From Pseudomonadales bacterium (lineage in GTDB: Bacteria > Pseudomonadota > Gammaproteobacteria > Pseudomonadales > JBFGWM01): 62,047 nt of DNA. The stretch is from assembly GCA_041682035.1 (NCBI GenBank), contig JBFKKR010000004.1, positions 1 through 62,047 of the forward strand, in the 5' to 3' direction. Shown piece after piece: positions 30,705-41,272 of this stretch (positions are counted from its first letter, which is position 1; each line of letters opens with the position of its first letter). Below the pieces are notes generated by a model. It made no database searches. It was given only the letters and a program-made list of their open reading frames with translations, and was not told the DNA's origin. A program made the position numbers and the translations under genes.

Positions 30705-31808
30705 ATGATGCATCGCCTGGTTTCCCTTATTGCGCGGAGCCTGCTGATCGCGGGGGCGTTCAGTATCCTGCCACTGCACGCAGCACTTGCGCCCAACGAA
30801 CCGGAGATCGGCGCCCACGCGCCGTTCGGGCTCAACAAGGGCAAGATCCAGTTCGCCCGCGGGCTGGAAGCGTTCAACGAGGGCGATTACGAGACCGCGC
30901 TGCAGGAATGGAAAACGCTCGCCGATCTCGGCGATGCCGACGCGCAGTACGGCCTGGGGCTCATCTACAGCGGCGTGAACAGCAGGTTCTCGGATGGCCA
31001 GCTGTCCTTTCACTGGTTCTCGCTGGCCGCCGACCAGGGCCACGCGCAGTCGCAGTACATCATCGCGCAGGCCTATGAACAGGGCGCCGGCGTGGAGGCT
31101 GATTTCGATACCGCGCTGGCCTGGTACGAGCGCGCCGCGCAGCAGGGCTTCACCCAGGCGCAGTACCACCTCGGCATGCTGTACGCCGCCGGTCGGGGCG
31201 TGGAAAAGAACCCGAGACTGGCGATCGCCTGGTACCGCAAGGCGGCCGAGAACGGCATGCCCGCGGCACAGACCCTGCTGGGGGTGCTCTACAGCACCGG
31301 CGACAATGTCGATGTGGATCACGCCGAGGCGGTGAAATGGTTCCGCCGCGCGGCCGACCAGGGTGATGCCGATGCCCAGTACAACCTCGCCAACCAGTAC
31401 ATCTACGGCCGCGGCGTGGAACTGGACTATGCGAAGGCAGCCGAGTGGGTCCAGCGCGCCGCGCAACAGGGCCACGTCAAGGCGCAGCACTACCTGGCCA
31501 TCATGTACGACATCGGTCGCGGCGTGCCCCAGGATTACCGCGAGGCGGTCAGCTGGTACCGGCGCGCGGCGGCCAAGGGATTCGCGAACTCCCAGGTGAA
31601 CCTCGGCACGCTGTACGCGCAGGGGCTGGGCGTGCCGCAGGACACCGTGCTCGCCTACATGTGGTTCGACCTGGCCGCGCGCAACGGCAAGGAGAGCGCG
31701 CTGAACAACCGCAGGGAAATCGAGCCGCAGATGACGAAAGCCGAGATCCGCGAGGCCAAGCAACTCGCCCGCCGCTGGGTTTCCAATCGCGCGCGTGCCA
31801 CGCCCTGA
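30705..31808 (+). CDS. Sel1-repeat (TPR-like) exported protein
   Basis: Signal peptide; repeated AQY.LG..Y..G.GV..D...A..W...AA.QG units. Confidence 0.92.
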   Translation: MMHRLVSLIARSLLIAGAFSILPLHAALAPNEPEIGAHAPFGLNKGKIQFARGLEAFNEGDYETALQEWKTLADLGDADAQYGLGLIYSGVNSRFSDGQLSFHWFSLAADQGHAQSQYIIAQAYEQGAGVEADFDTALAWYERAAQQGFTQAQYHLGMLYAAGRGVEKNPRLAIAWYRKAAENGMPAAQTLLGVLYSTGDNVDVDHAEAVKWFRRAADQGDADAQYNLANQYIYGRGVELDYAKAAEWVQRAAQQGHVKAQHYLAIMYDIGRGVPQDYREAVSWYRRAAAKGFANSQVNLGTLYAQGLGVPQDTVLAYMWFDLAARNGKESALNNRREIEPQMTKAEIREAKQLARRWVSNRARATP

Positions 31809-31850
31809 TGCCCGGTTCCGGCCTGTCTGGCTGCACGTGGCCGGCGAACG

Positions 31851-31864
31851 TATAATGCGCGCCC
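31851..31864 (+). promoter_or_regulatory. Putative thrS promoter -10 with GC-rich discriminator
   Basis: Perfect TATAAT at 31851-31856 followed by GCGCGCCC, 37 bp before the thrS start; -35 is weak. Confidence 0.6.
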
Positions 31865-31892
31865 CGAACCTGATCCCAGACCTCCCCAGCGC

Positions 31893-33824
31893 ATGATCAC
31901 CATCACCCTGCCCGACGGCAGCACGCGAGATTTTTCCGAGCCGCCCACCGTGCACGATGTGGCGGAAAGCATCGGCTCCGGGCTGGCCAAGGCCGCGCTC
32001 GCCGGGCGCGTCGACGGGCGTCTCGTCGACACCTCGCACCGCATCGAGGACGATGCCGAACTCGCGATCATCACCGCGCGGGACGAGGAGGGCGTCGAGG
32101 TCATCCGCCACTCCACGGCGCACCTGCTGGCGCAGGCCGTGCAGGACCTGTTCCCCGGTGCGCAGGTGACCATCGGGCCGGTCATCGAGGACGGGTTCTA
32201 TTACGACTTCGCCTACGAACGCCCGTTCACGACCGAGGACCTGGAAAAGATCGAGCAGCGCATGGCGGAACTCGCCGGCAGCGACCTGCCCGTGCAGCGC
32301 CAGGAACTCTCCCGCGAAGAGGCCGTCGCGCTGTTTTCCGGGATGGGCGAGCAGTACAAGGTACAGATCATCGAGTCGATTCCCGGTGACGAGGCGATCT
32401 CTTTCTACCGGCAGGGGGATTTCATCGACCTCTGCCGCGGGCCGCACGTGCCCAGCACCGGCCGGCTCAAGGCCTTCAAGCTCACCAAGGTGGCCGGCGC
32501 CTACTGGCGGGGCGATTCCAGCAACGAGATGCTCCAGCGTATCTACGGCACCGCCTGGCCGGACAAGAAGCAGCTCAGGGAATACCTTCACCGGCTGGAG
32601 GAAGCGGAGAAGCGCGACCACCGCAAGCTCGGCAAGCGGCTGGGCCTGTTCCATTTCCAGGAAGAGGCCCCGGGCATGGTCTTCTGGCACGACCATGGCT
32701 GGACCGTCTACCAGCAGATCGAGCAGTACGTCCGGCAGCGCATCCGCGCCGACGGCTACCAGGAGGTGAAGACCCCGCAGGTGGTGGACCGCTCGCTGTG
32801 GGAGAAGTCCGGCCACTGGGACAAGTTCAAGGAGGCGATGTTCTGCACCAGTTCGGAGAGCCGCGACTACGCCGTCAAGCCGATGAACTGCCCCTGCCAC
32901 GTGCAGATCTTCCGGCAGGGCCTGAAGAGCTATCGCGATCTGCCGATCCGCATGGCGGAATTCGGCTCCTGCCATCGCAACGAGCCCTCCGGCACCCTGC
33001 ACGGGCTGATGCGGGTGCGCGGCTTCGTGCAGGACGACGCCCACATTTTCTGTGCCGAATCCCAGGTCGAGGAGGAGGTCTCCCGGTTCACGGACCTGCT
33101 GTTCTCGGTGTACCGGGATTTCGGCTTCGACGATGTCATCGTCAAGTTCTCCACCCGGCCCGAGCAACGGGTCGGCAGCGACGAGGTCTGGGACCGCGCC
33201 GAGCGCGACCTGGAGAACTGCCTCCGGGCCAAGGGCCTGGCATACGAGGTGCAGCCGGGCGAGGGCGCTTTCTACGGGCCCAAGATCGAATTCTCGCTGA
33301 AGGACTGCATCGGCCGGGTCTGGCAGCTCGGGACCATCCAGCTCGATTTCTCCATGCCGGAACGCCTCGGCGCCGAGTACGTGGACGAAGACGGCGAGCG
33401 GCGCACCCCGGTCATGCTGCACCGGGCCATTCTCGGCTCCATGGAGCGCTTCATCGGCATCCTCATCGAGCAGTACGAGGGGGCCTTCCCGCTCTGGCTG
33501 GCGCCGGTGCAGGCGGTCGTGCTGAATATCACCGATGCGCAGGCTGCCTACGTGGAGGAGGTTCGGGAAACCTTGAGAAACAAGGGTTTCCGGGTCGATT
33601 CTGACTTGAGAAATGAGAAGATCGGCTATAAAATCCGCGAGCACACGCTGTCCAAAGTACCCTACCTCCTCATCGTGGGCGACCGGGAAGTGGATTCCAA
33701 CACGGTTGCCGTGCGATTGCGTGGTGGAAAGGAACTGGGCGGCATGTCCGTCGATGAACTGGCGGAGCGTCTGGCCGCGGAAGTGGCCAGGCTCGGCAGG
33801 AACGATAACCAACAGGGAGCTTGA
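31893..33824 (+). CDS. thrS: Threonine--tRNA ligase
   Basis: TGS domain (ITLPDGS), [28 protein letters not shown]. Confidence 0.98.
   Translation: MITITLPDGSTRDFSEPPTVHDVAESIGSGLAKAALAGRVDGRLVDTSHRIEDDAELAIITARDEEGVEVIRHSTAHLLAQAVQDLFPGAQVTIGPVIEDGFYYDFAYERPFTTEDLEKIEQRMAELAGSDLPVQRQELSREEAVALFSGMGEQYKVQIIESIPGDEAISFYRQGDFIDLCRGPHVPSTGRLKAFKLTKVAGAYWRGDSSNEMLQRIYGTAWPDKKQLREYLHRLEEAEKRDHRKLGKRLGLFHFQEEAPGMVFWHDHGWTVYQQIEQYVRQRIRADGYQEVKTPQVVDRSLWEKSGHWDKFKEAMFCTSSESRDYAVKPMNCPCHVQIFRQGLKSYRDLPIRMAEFGSCHRNEPSGTLHGLMRVRGFVQDDAHIFCAESQVEEEVSRFTDLLFSVYRDFGFDDVIVKFSTRPEQRVGSDEVWDRAERDLENCLRAKGLAYEVQPGEGAFYGPKIEFSLKDCIGRVWQLGTIQLDFSMPERLGAEYVDEDGERRTPVMLHRAILGSMERFIGILIEQYEGAFPLWLAPVQAVVLNITDAQAAYVEEVRETLRNKGFRVDSDLRNEKIGYKIREHTLSKVPYLLIVGDREVDSNTVAVRLRGGKELGGMSVDELAERLAAEVARLGRNDNQQGA
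33606..33634 (+). promoter_or_regulatory. Internal infC promoter within the thrS 3' end
   Basis: TTGAGA-17 bp-TAAAAT encoded by unusually AT-rich codons ([11 protein letters not shown]); matches the known thrS-internal infC promoter position in enterobacteria. Confidence 0.75.
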
Positions 33825-33827
33825 GTC

Positions 33828-34361
33828 ATAAAGCGGGAAACCAGATCGGATCGGATGCCTCCGATCAATGACACGATCGACGCGCAATCGGTGCGGCTGA
33901 TCGATCAGAACGGGAAGCAGGTCGGGATCGTATCCCGGGACGAGGCGATGTCCGCAGCCAAGGCTGTCGAGATGGACCTCGTGATGATTGCCCCCGACGG
34001 CGAACCACCGGTTTGCCGGATCATGGACTACGGCAAGCACATCTTCGAACAGAAGAAGCAGAAAGCCGCCGCCCGCAAGAAGCAAAAGCAGACCCAGGTC
34101 AAGGAGATCAAGTTCCGGCCGGGCACAGAAGAGGGGGATTACCAGGTCAAACTGCGCAACCTGGTACGTTTCCTGACAGAAGGGGACAAGGCGAAAGTGA
34201 CCCTGCGTTTTCGTGGCAGGGAAATGGCGCACCAGGAACTCGGTCTGAAACTCCTGCAAAGGGTCCAGGAAGATCTTGCTGAACACAGCACGGTCGAGAT
34301 GGAACCCAAGATGGAGGGAAGACAGATGACCATGGTGTTGAGTCCCCGTAAAAAGAAATAG
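33828..34361 (+). CDS. infC: Translation initiation factor IF-3 (probable non-canonical ATA start)
   Basis: [27 protein letters not shown]. In-frame ATA at 33828 follows a GGGAG RBS and gives N-terminal xKRETRSDR. Confidence 0.95.
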   Translation: MKRETRSDRMPPINDTIDAQSVRLIDQNGKQVGIVSRDEAMSAAKAVEMDLVMIAPDGEPPVCRIMDYGKHIFEQKKQKAAARKKQKQTQVKEIKFRPGTEEGDYQVKLRNLVRFLTEGDKAKVTLRFRGREMAHQELGLKLLQRVQEDLAEHSTVEMEPKMEGRQMTMVLSPRKKK

Positions 34362-34418
34362 CCGGCTCGCAGTCGAACAGCCGGCAACACATGATCTTAA
34401 AATTGCGGAGACATTGAG

Positions 34419-34613
34419 ATGCCCAAGATCAAAACGAACAGTGGGGCTGCAAAGCGGTTCAGAAAAACCGCGAAGGGCTACAAGCACAAGCAGTCATTCA
34501 AGAGCCATATCCTCACCAAGATGAGTACCAAGCGGAAGCGCCAGCTGCGCGCCAAGAAGGAACTCGACGCGGGTGATGTAAAACTCGTCCGGCGCATGCT
34601 GCCGAACGGTTGA
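34419..34613 (+). CDS. rpmI: 50S ribosomal protein L35
   Basis: [14 protein letters not shown]...HILTK. Confidence 0.97.
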   Translation: MPKIKTNSGAAKRFRKTAKGYKHKQSFKSHILTKMSTKRKRQLRAKKELDAGDVKLVRRMLPNG

Positions 34614-34639
34614 CCCGAAGAATCTAAGGAGGATATGCC

Positions 34640-34999
34640 ATGCCCCGCGTCAAACGTGGTGTGACCGCGCACAAGCGGCACAAGAAAGTCTTAAAGCAGG
34701 CCAAGGGTTACTACGGCGCGCGTTCCCGCGTGTTCCGCGTCGCCAAACAGGCCGTCATCAAGTCCGAACAGTACGCGTACCGCGACCGGCGCCAGAAGAA
34801 GCGCCAGTTCCGCACGCTCTGGATCGCGCGCATCAATGCCGGCGCGCGCCTGCACGGGCTCAGCTACTCGCGGCTGATCAACGGCCTGAACAAGGCCGGC
34901 GTCGAAGTCGACCGCAAGGTGCTCGCGCACCTGGCGCTGGAAGAGCCGCAGGCTTTTGCAGCGGTGTGCGAGGAAGCGAAGGCTGCCCTGGCGGCCTGA
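34640..34999 (+). CDS. rplT: 50S ribosomal protein L20
   Basis: MPRVKRGV...[10 protein letters not shown]...[11 protein letters not shown]. Confidence 0.98.
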   Translation: MPRVKRGVTAHKRHKKVLKQAKGYYGARSRVFRVAKQAVIKSEQYAYRDRRQKKRQFRTLWIARINAGARLHGLSYSRLINGLNKAGVEVDRKVLAHLALEEPQAFAAVCEEAKAALAA

Positions 35000-35018
35000 T
35001 CTGCATTCAGCGGACCGG

Positions 35019-35054
35019 AAACGGGGGCGGGATTCATCCCGTCCCCGTTTTTTT
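35019..35054 (+). terminator. Rho-independent terminator after rplT
   Basis: AAACGGGGGCGGGAT-TC-ATCCCGTCCCCGTTT stem followed by a T-run. Confidence 0.85.
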
Positions 35055-35058
35055 GTGA

Positions 35059-36123
<1,065 letters not shown>

Positions 36124-36173
36124 CGGCGCGCGATGCAGGTTTCGCAGGATGGGAATCGGGTGAGCAGTCAGGC

Positions 36174-38222
36174 ATGAAGATCAGCGAGAACTGGTTACGG
36201 GAGTGCGTCGACCTGGAAGGGATCGACAGCGCGCGGCTGGTTGCAGCGCTGACCATGGCCGGGCTGGAGGTGGACACCACCGAGACCAGGGGCGACGACA
36301 CGCTGATCGCGCTGGACCTGACGCCCAATCGTGGCGACTGCCTGGGCATGCATGGTATCGCGCGCGAGGTGGCGGCGATTTTCGATCGCGAAACGCGCTT
36401 CGCCGAACCCCCCGCCGTGGCCGCGGGGCACGACCGGGCTTTCCCCGTTGCCGTGCGCAACACGAATGCCTGCCCGCGCTACTGCGGGCGGGTGGTCACC
36501 GGCGTTGACAACACGCGGCCCTCGCCGGCGTGGCTGGTGGAACGGCTCGCCGCGTCGGGCATCCGCAGCGTCGATGCCATCGTCGATCTCACCAATTACG
36601 TCATGCTCGAAACCGGGCAGCCGCTGCATGCGTTCGACCTTGCACGGCTGGAGGGCAGCATCGTCGTGCGCGATGCCGAGGCCGGCGAGAAGCTCACGCT
36701 GCTCGACGGCAGCGAGGTGGAGGCGCGTGGTGACACGCTGCTGATCTGCGACGAAGTGAAGGCGCTGGCGCTCGCCGGCATCATGGGCGGCGAACACTCC
36801 GGCGTTTCCGCCACGACCACCAGCGTGTTCCTGGAGAGCGCGCACTTCGCCCCGCTCGCCATCGCGGGCAAGGCCCGCAGTTACGGGCAGTCGACCGATT
36901 CCTCGCACCGCTTCGAGCGTGGCGTGGACCCGCAAATGCCGCGGCGCGCGCTGGAGCGGGTGACGGCGCTGATCCTGGAAGTGGTCGGCGGGAGCGCCGG
37001 CCCGTTGCAGGAGAGCTGTGACGAGGAACGATTGCCGCGCCGGGATGCGGTGGTCCTGCAGCCGGCGCGCGTGCAGCGGCTGCTGGAAATCCAGGACCCG
37101 CCCGAAGAACTGCGGGCGCTGCTGGAGCGCCTGGGCATGTCCTGCGACCAGTCCGATGAGACGCGCTGGCTGGTGACGCCGCCCAGCTGGCGCTTCGATG
37201 TCGAGCGCGAGGAGGACCTCGTGGAAGAGGTGGCGCGCATCAAGGGCTACAACCAGGTCGGCTGTTCCTGGCCGGCCGGCGCGATGGCGCCGCTGCCCGC
37301 GCCCGAGGGCCGGCTCGAACTGCCGGCGCTGCGCCGGCACCTCGCTGCACGGGGGTACCACGAGGCCATCACCTACAGCTTCGTCGCGCCGGAACTGCAG
37401 GAACTGCTCGAACCGGGCGCTGCCACCGTCGACCTTGCGAACCCGATTTCCGCGGATATGTCCGTCATGCGTCGCACACTGTGGGCGGGCCTGCTGGAGA
37501 CCCTGAAATCGCAGCAGGGCCGTTCCGTCACGCGCACCCGGCTGTTCGAGACCGGGCTGGTGTTCCTGCCCGGTGACGGGGAATTGCCCGAGCAGCCGGC
37601 CAACCTGGGCATGCTCATCTGCGGAGAGCGCCTGCCAAGGCACTGGGCCGAGGATGGCGCGCGGCGCAGTGATTTTCATGACCTCAAGGGCGACCTGGCC
37701 AGCCTGTTCCAGCTCACCGGGGCACCCGGGGCGTTTCGCTTCACGGCCGCGCCGCATCCCGCCCTCCATCCCGGGCAGTCGGCCCGGATCGACCGGGCGG
37801 GCCAGCCGGTGGGCTGGATCGGTGCACTGCATCCGCGCCTGCTCGACCGCCTGGAACTGGCCGGGCCGGTGCTGCTGGCCGAGATCCGTCTCGGCGCCGT
37901 GCTGCAGCGCGAGCTGCCCAGGTACCGTTCCATTTCGCGCCAGCCGGTCGTCAAGCGCGACCTGGCGGTGCTGGTGGAAAAAGACCTCCCGGTTCAGAAA
38001 CTGATCGACACCATCCGCCAGGCCGGCGGGGATACCCTGCACGACCTCACTCTTTTCGATGTCTATCAGGGAGAAGGCATTGATAAAGAAAGAAAAAGTA
38101 TTGCATTCGCCTTGACCTTCCAGCATCCATCGCACACCCTTAGTGAGGACGAAGTGACTGCGGTCATGGATCAGGTGGTGGCGGCGCTGGCCCGGGAGCA
38201 AGGGGCCGCGATCCGCTCCTGA
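36174..38222 (+). CDS. pheT: Phenylalanine--tRNA ligase beta subunit (short form, B2 domain absent)
   Basis: MKISENWL, LTPNRGDC, GQPLHAFD, RFERGVD, EEDLVEEVARI, C-terminal FDVYQG...KSIA; 682 aa. Confidence 0.95.
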   Translation: MKISENWLRECVDLEGIDSARLVAALTMAGLEVDTTETRGDDTLIALDLTPNRGDCLGMHGIAREVAAIFDRETRFAEPPAVAAGHDRAFPVAVRNTNACPRYCGRVVTGVDNTRPSPAWLVERLAASGIRSVDAIVDLTNYVMLETGQPLHAFDLARLEGSIVVRDAEAGEKLTLLDGSEVEARGDTLLICDEVKALALAGIMGGEHSGVSATTTSVFLESAHFAPLAIAGKARSYGQSTDSSHRFERGVDPQMPRRALERVTALILEVVGGSAGPLQESCDEERLPRRDAVVLQPARVQRLLEIQDPPEELRALLERLGMSCDQSDETRWLVTPPSWRFDVEREEDLVEEVARIKGYNQVGCSWPAGAMAPLPAPEGRLELPALRRHLAARGYHEAITYSFVAPELQELLEPGAATVDLANPISADMSVMRRTLWAGLLETLKSQQGRSVTRTRLFETGLVFLPGDGELPEQPANLGMLICGERLPRHWAEDGARRSDFHDLKGDLASLFQLTGAPGAFRFTAAPHPALHPGQSARIDRAGQPVGWIGALHPRLLDRLELAGPVLLAEIRLGAVLQRELPRYRSISRQPVVKRDLAVLVEKDLPVQKLIDTIRQAGGDTLHDLTLFDVYQGEGIDKERKSIAFALTFQHPSHTLSEDEVTAVMDQVVAALAREQGAAIRS

Positions 38223-38309
38223 TTTCTCTCCCGGTGCTTCGAGCCTGACCAGGCCGGACGGGTTCCGGTCCCAATAAGAAGTACATCACGGGTGGGTGTG
38301 GCAGCAGGC

Positions 38310-38612
38310 ATGAGTGCGCTGACCAAGGCACGTATGGCGGAACGCCTTTTCGAAGAACTTGGATTGAACAAGCGGGAAGCCCGCGAGTTGGTCGAGACCT
38401 TCTTTGAGGAACTTCGTGGAGCGCTCGAGGGGCAGGAGCAGATCAAGCTGTCCGGTTTTGGTAATTTTGATCTCAGGGACAAGCGGGAGCGGCCCGGCCG
38501 CAATCCGAAGACGGGGGAGGAGATCCCCATTACCGCTCGCCGGGTGGTGACCTTCCGCCCCGGGCAGAAACTGAAGGCGCGCGTGGAAGCATATGCTGGA
38601 ACCAGGCAATAA
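38310..38612 (+). CDS. ihfA: Integration host factor subunit alpha
   Basis: [40 protein letters not shown]. Confidence 0.97.
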   Translation: MSALTKARMAERLFEELGLNKREARELVETFFEELRGALEGQEQIKLSGFGNFDLRDKRERPGRNPKTGEEIPITARRVVTFRPGQKLKARVEAYAGTRQ

Positions 38613-38949
38613 CGACGAACTGCCACCGATTCCGGGGAAAAAATACTTCACCATCGGGGAGGTCGCCGACCTCTGCAACGTGAAGTCCCACGTATTGCGC
38701 TATTGGGAGCAGGAATTCCCGCAGCTCAAGCCGGTGAAGCGGCGGGGCAATCGCCGCTACTACCAGCGCCAGGACGTCCTGACCATCCGCCAGATCCGCA
38801 GCCTGCTCTACGAGCAGGGGTTCACCATTGGCGGGGCGCGCATGAAACTGTCGGGCGAGGACGCCAAGGGCGACAGCCTGCAGACCCGCCAGGTGATCCG
38901 CCAGTGCGTCACGGAACTCGAGGAGATCCTCGAGACGATGCGGGTTTAG
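38593..38949 (+). CDS. MerR-family regulator conserved downstream of ihfA
   Basis: [39 protein letters not shown]. Confidence 0.93.
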   Translation: MLEPGNNDELPPIPGKKYFTIGEVADLCNVKSHVLRYWEQEFPQLKPVKRRGNRRYYQRQDVLTIRQIRSLLYEQGFTIGGARMKLSGEDAKGDSLQTRQVIRQCVTELEEILETMRV

Positions 38950-38991
38950 GCAGAGCCGGACAGGTCCGCGGCACTTCCGGCAGCAGCACGC

Positions 38992-39020
38992 TTCAACGGC
39001 CGGACGCTTTCCGTTATCAT
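38992..39020 (+). promoter_or_regulatory. Putative sigma70 promoter of tRNA-Pro
   Basis: TTCAAC-17 bp-TATCAT, 30 bp upstream of the tRNA. Confidence 0.55.
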
Positions 39021-39049
39021 CCCTGCCTCTCGGTATTCCAGCCGTTTCT

Positions 39050-39126
39050 CGGGGCGTAGCGCAGTCTGGTAGCGCACTTGACTGGGGGTCAAGTGGTCGC
39101 AGGTTCAAATCCTGCCGTCCCGACCA
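39050..39126 (+). tRNA. tRNA-Pro(GGG)
   Basis: 77 nt; acceptor CGGGGCG/CGTCCCG, anticodon arm CTTGA-CTGGGGG-TCAAG, GGTTCAAATCC T-arm, encoded CCA. Confidence 0.97.
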
Positions 39127-39195
39127 ATTTCCTGATCCTTTCCCACACCAGACCCTGCCCCGTAAACCGGGATGGGCGACGTCATTCCGGCCCCT

Positions 39196-40056
39196 TCACC
39201 GTTCGATGGTCTCCTCCAGGCGAATCCGTTCACGGCTGCGGTTGCGTGACGCGAGGATGCTCGCGAGCAGGGTGGATTCGTCGATGCTGTTTTTCCGGAG
39301 CAGGTGGATGCCATGGCCGGCCTGCAGATCGAGGTCATGCAGGGCGGGACTGTCCCGTTCCTCGTCGGTGAGCACCACCACGGGCGGGCCCCAGTCGTTC
39401 CGGGCCGCCTCGGCCGCGATTGCCGCACTGTCCCCGTCCACGTCGATATCGGCGAGCAACACGTCGTACTGCCCGCTGCGCAGCGCTTCCCGTACCTCCA
39501 CCGCGTCGGGTGCCACTTCCACTTCGAAATGGTAGCGGCCGATCCGGCTCAACAGTCCGCGCACCCGCTCCAGCTCGGCGCCGGAGCTTTCCAGATACAG
39601 CAGTTTCAGGGGCGTGGAGAGTATCCGCTGCACCAGTTCGCCCAGCGATTGCGCGGACCACTCCGACTTGGGCAGGAAATGCACCTGCCGCTCCGGGAGC
39701 AGGTTCAGGTATTTCGAAGGCAGGCTCGATTGCGGGTAATCCGAACTGATAACCACCGGAATGCGCACGCCCTGGGCGAGCAGGCTCTGCAGCAGTTTCT
39801 CGCTGGTACTCTGGCGGCCCGACCTGTCCACGAGGAGGTAATCGACGAACAGGATGTCGAAGGTGCGGATGCCCAGCGAGAACAGGGCAGACTCGATCGT
39901 GGCGACACATTCCACGTAAAAGTTCATCGGGAGGTGCCGGTCTTCGGGCCTGCCCTGGCGCCCGAGGCGTTCGATATAGTCCGCGAATATTTCGCGGTCT
40001 TCACCGTTGTCGTCGAAGTAGAGAATGTTGATGGTCTGGCGAGACCCCTGGTTCAT
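39196..40056 (-). CDS. Response regulator with two tandem receiver domains and no output domain
   Basis: INILYFDDN...ILFVDYLL and LKLLYLES...VLLADID; GGAGG RBS before MNQGSR. Confidence 0.75.
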   Translation of the reverse strand: MNQGSRQTINILYFDDNGEDREIFADYIERLGRQGRPEDRHLPMNFYVECVATIESALFSLGIRTFDILFVDYLLVDRSGRQSTSEKLLQSLLAQGVRIPVVISSDYPQSSLPSKYLNLLPERQVHFLPKSEWSAQSLGELVQRILSTPLKLLYLESSGAELERVRGLLSRIGRYHFEVEVAPDAVEVREALRSGQYDVLLADIDVDGDSAAIAAEAARNDWGPPVVVLTDEERDSPALHDLDLQAGHGIHLLRKNSIDESTLLASILASRNRSRERIRLEETIER

Positions 40057-40238
40057 GGGGTTTCCTCCCGGGGCAGGGTGCCCTGGCACGATGGGGCGGC
40101 CGTTAACGGGAGACGGCCGCCGGTGCGAGGCAAAGCATGTTCCTGAGCTACCAGTGTAGTGTCAAAGCGGGTGTTGTGAACATGCTGGCGCCCATGCCTG
40201 CCGGGGGTATTTATCATGACGACGGACTCATAAAAACC

Positions 40239-41030
40239 TCAGCTGGTGCAGGCGATGTCATCGGTGTTCTCCCGCAGGTCCCGCTCCGTGACCTGCAGGA
40301 TCCCAATTTCGTAGCGCGCCAGCACTTCCTGCCAGGTGCGGTCGAATGTTCCGGACGCCAGTATGCCTTCCACTTGTTCGAACAGCGGCCCGAGATCGGT
40401 GGTGAACAGGAGGTGGCGGGTACTGCGGGACAGTGGCCGGCTGGAAACGTGGTAGCGCTGATCCACCACGCCGGAGGCGATGAGCTGCGTCCGCGGAATG
40501 ACCACGGCGTCGATCTCGCCCCGCAGCAGGCGCCTGAGGTTGGACTCCGAGGTGAGCGAGTCCGACCGTTGAATGCGGCCGGCCCGGATGTGTTCGGACA
40601 GGCCTTCAAGCCGGAATCCCGGCAGGAACGCAAGCCGCTTGCCGAACAGGTTCTCCGGGCGACTGTACTCGATCGGCGCAGCGGCCCGGGAAACCAGGTC
40701 GTCCCGCACCCAGAGTAGTGGCCGGCTCACCAGGTAGTGGCGGCAGCGCCGGTCACCGAACCAGTATGGATTGGCCAGCAGCACGATGCCGCTCGCGCCG
40801 GCCCCCAGTTCATTATTGAGCCGGCGACGCTCGATGGATTCCAGCTTCAGCGCCCGGCCTGCGGGCAGTGCCCCGTTGAGGAGTGCCACGACGTCGGCCG
40901 CGAGACCACGGCCCTTGGTGGTCATGAACGGATGCCAGGGGTGATAGTTCCACGCGGTGACCGGGTTCGCCAGGGCGAACCACGGAAGAAACAGCAGCAG
41001 GGCGAAAACGGCTTTGCCCGAACATCGCAT
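40239..41030 (-). CDS. Orphan periplasmic substrate-binding protein (family 3-like)
   Basis: Signal peptide; YHPWHPF...GLAADVV, NLRRLLRGEIDA; no permease nearby. Confidence 0.7.
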   Translation of the reverse strand: MRCSGKAVFALLLFLPWFALANPVTAWNYHPWHPFMTTKGRGLAADVVALLNGALPAGRALKLESIERRRLNNELGAGASGIVLLANPYWFGDRRCRHYLVSRPLLWVRDDLVSRAAAPIEYSRPENLFGKRLAFLPGFRLEGLSEHIRAGRIQRSDSLTSESNLRRLLRGEIDAVVIPRTQLIASGVVDQRYHVSSRPLSRSTRHLLFTTDLGPLFEQVEGILASGTFDRTWQEVLARYEIGILQVTERDLRENTDDIACTS

Positions 41031-41272
41031 GGGCAGTATTCCGGACCCGGTAGAATGGATGAATTGTAGCCGGTGTGCCCCGCCGGCAAAAACATGGCTG
41101 CACGGGGCCGCTTCATGGCATGACGTGCAGGCCGACGGAACTTGTGCGGGCGGGGAATTGAACTACAATTTTTCAAGCACTTAGAGGGGTGGTGGTTTCG
41201 CCGTGCGGTTCCGTGGGAGCGGGGCGGCGGCGGGCACCGGTTCGAATCTGTTCAATCCAGGGAATCAACGAG

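Noticed and set aside
30900-31700. Periodic DNA similarity in the Sel1 gene
   Set aside because: Fully explained by ordinary Sel1 protein repeats.
30651-34487. Very long antisense ORFs (30651-34487, 2596-5343, 41252-43570, 36195-38201, 25340-27265, 10827-12749 and others)
   Set aside because: They are shadows of well-supported genes on the opposite strand, expected with high-GC codon bias, and show no recognisable motifs.
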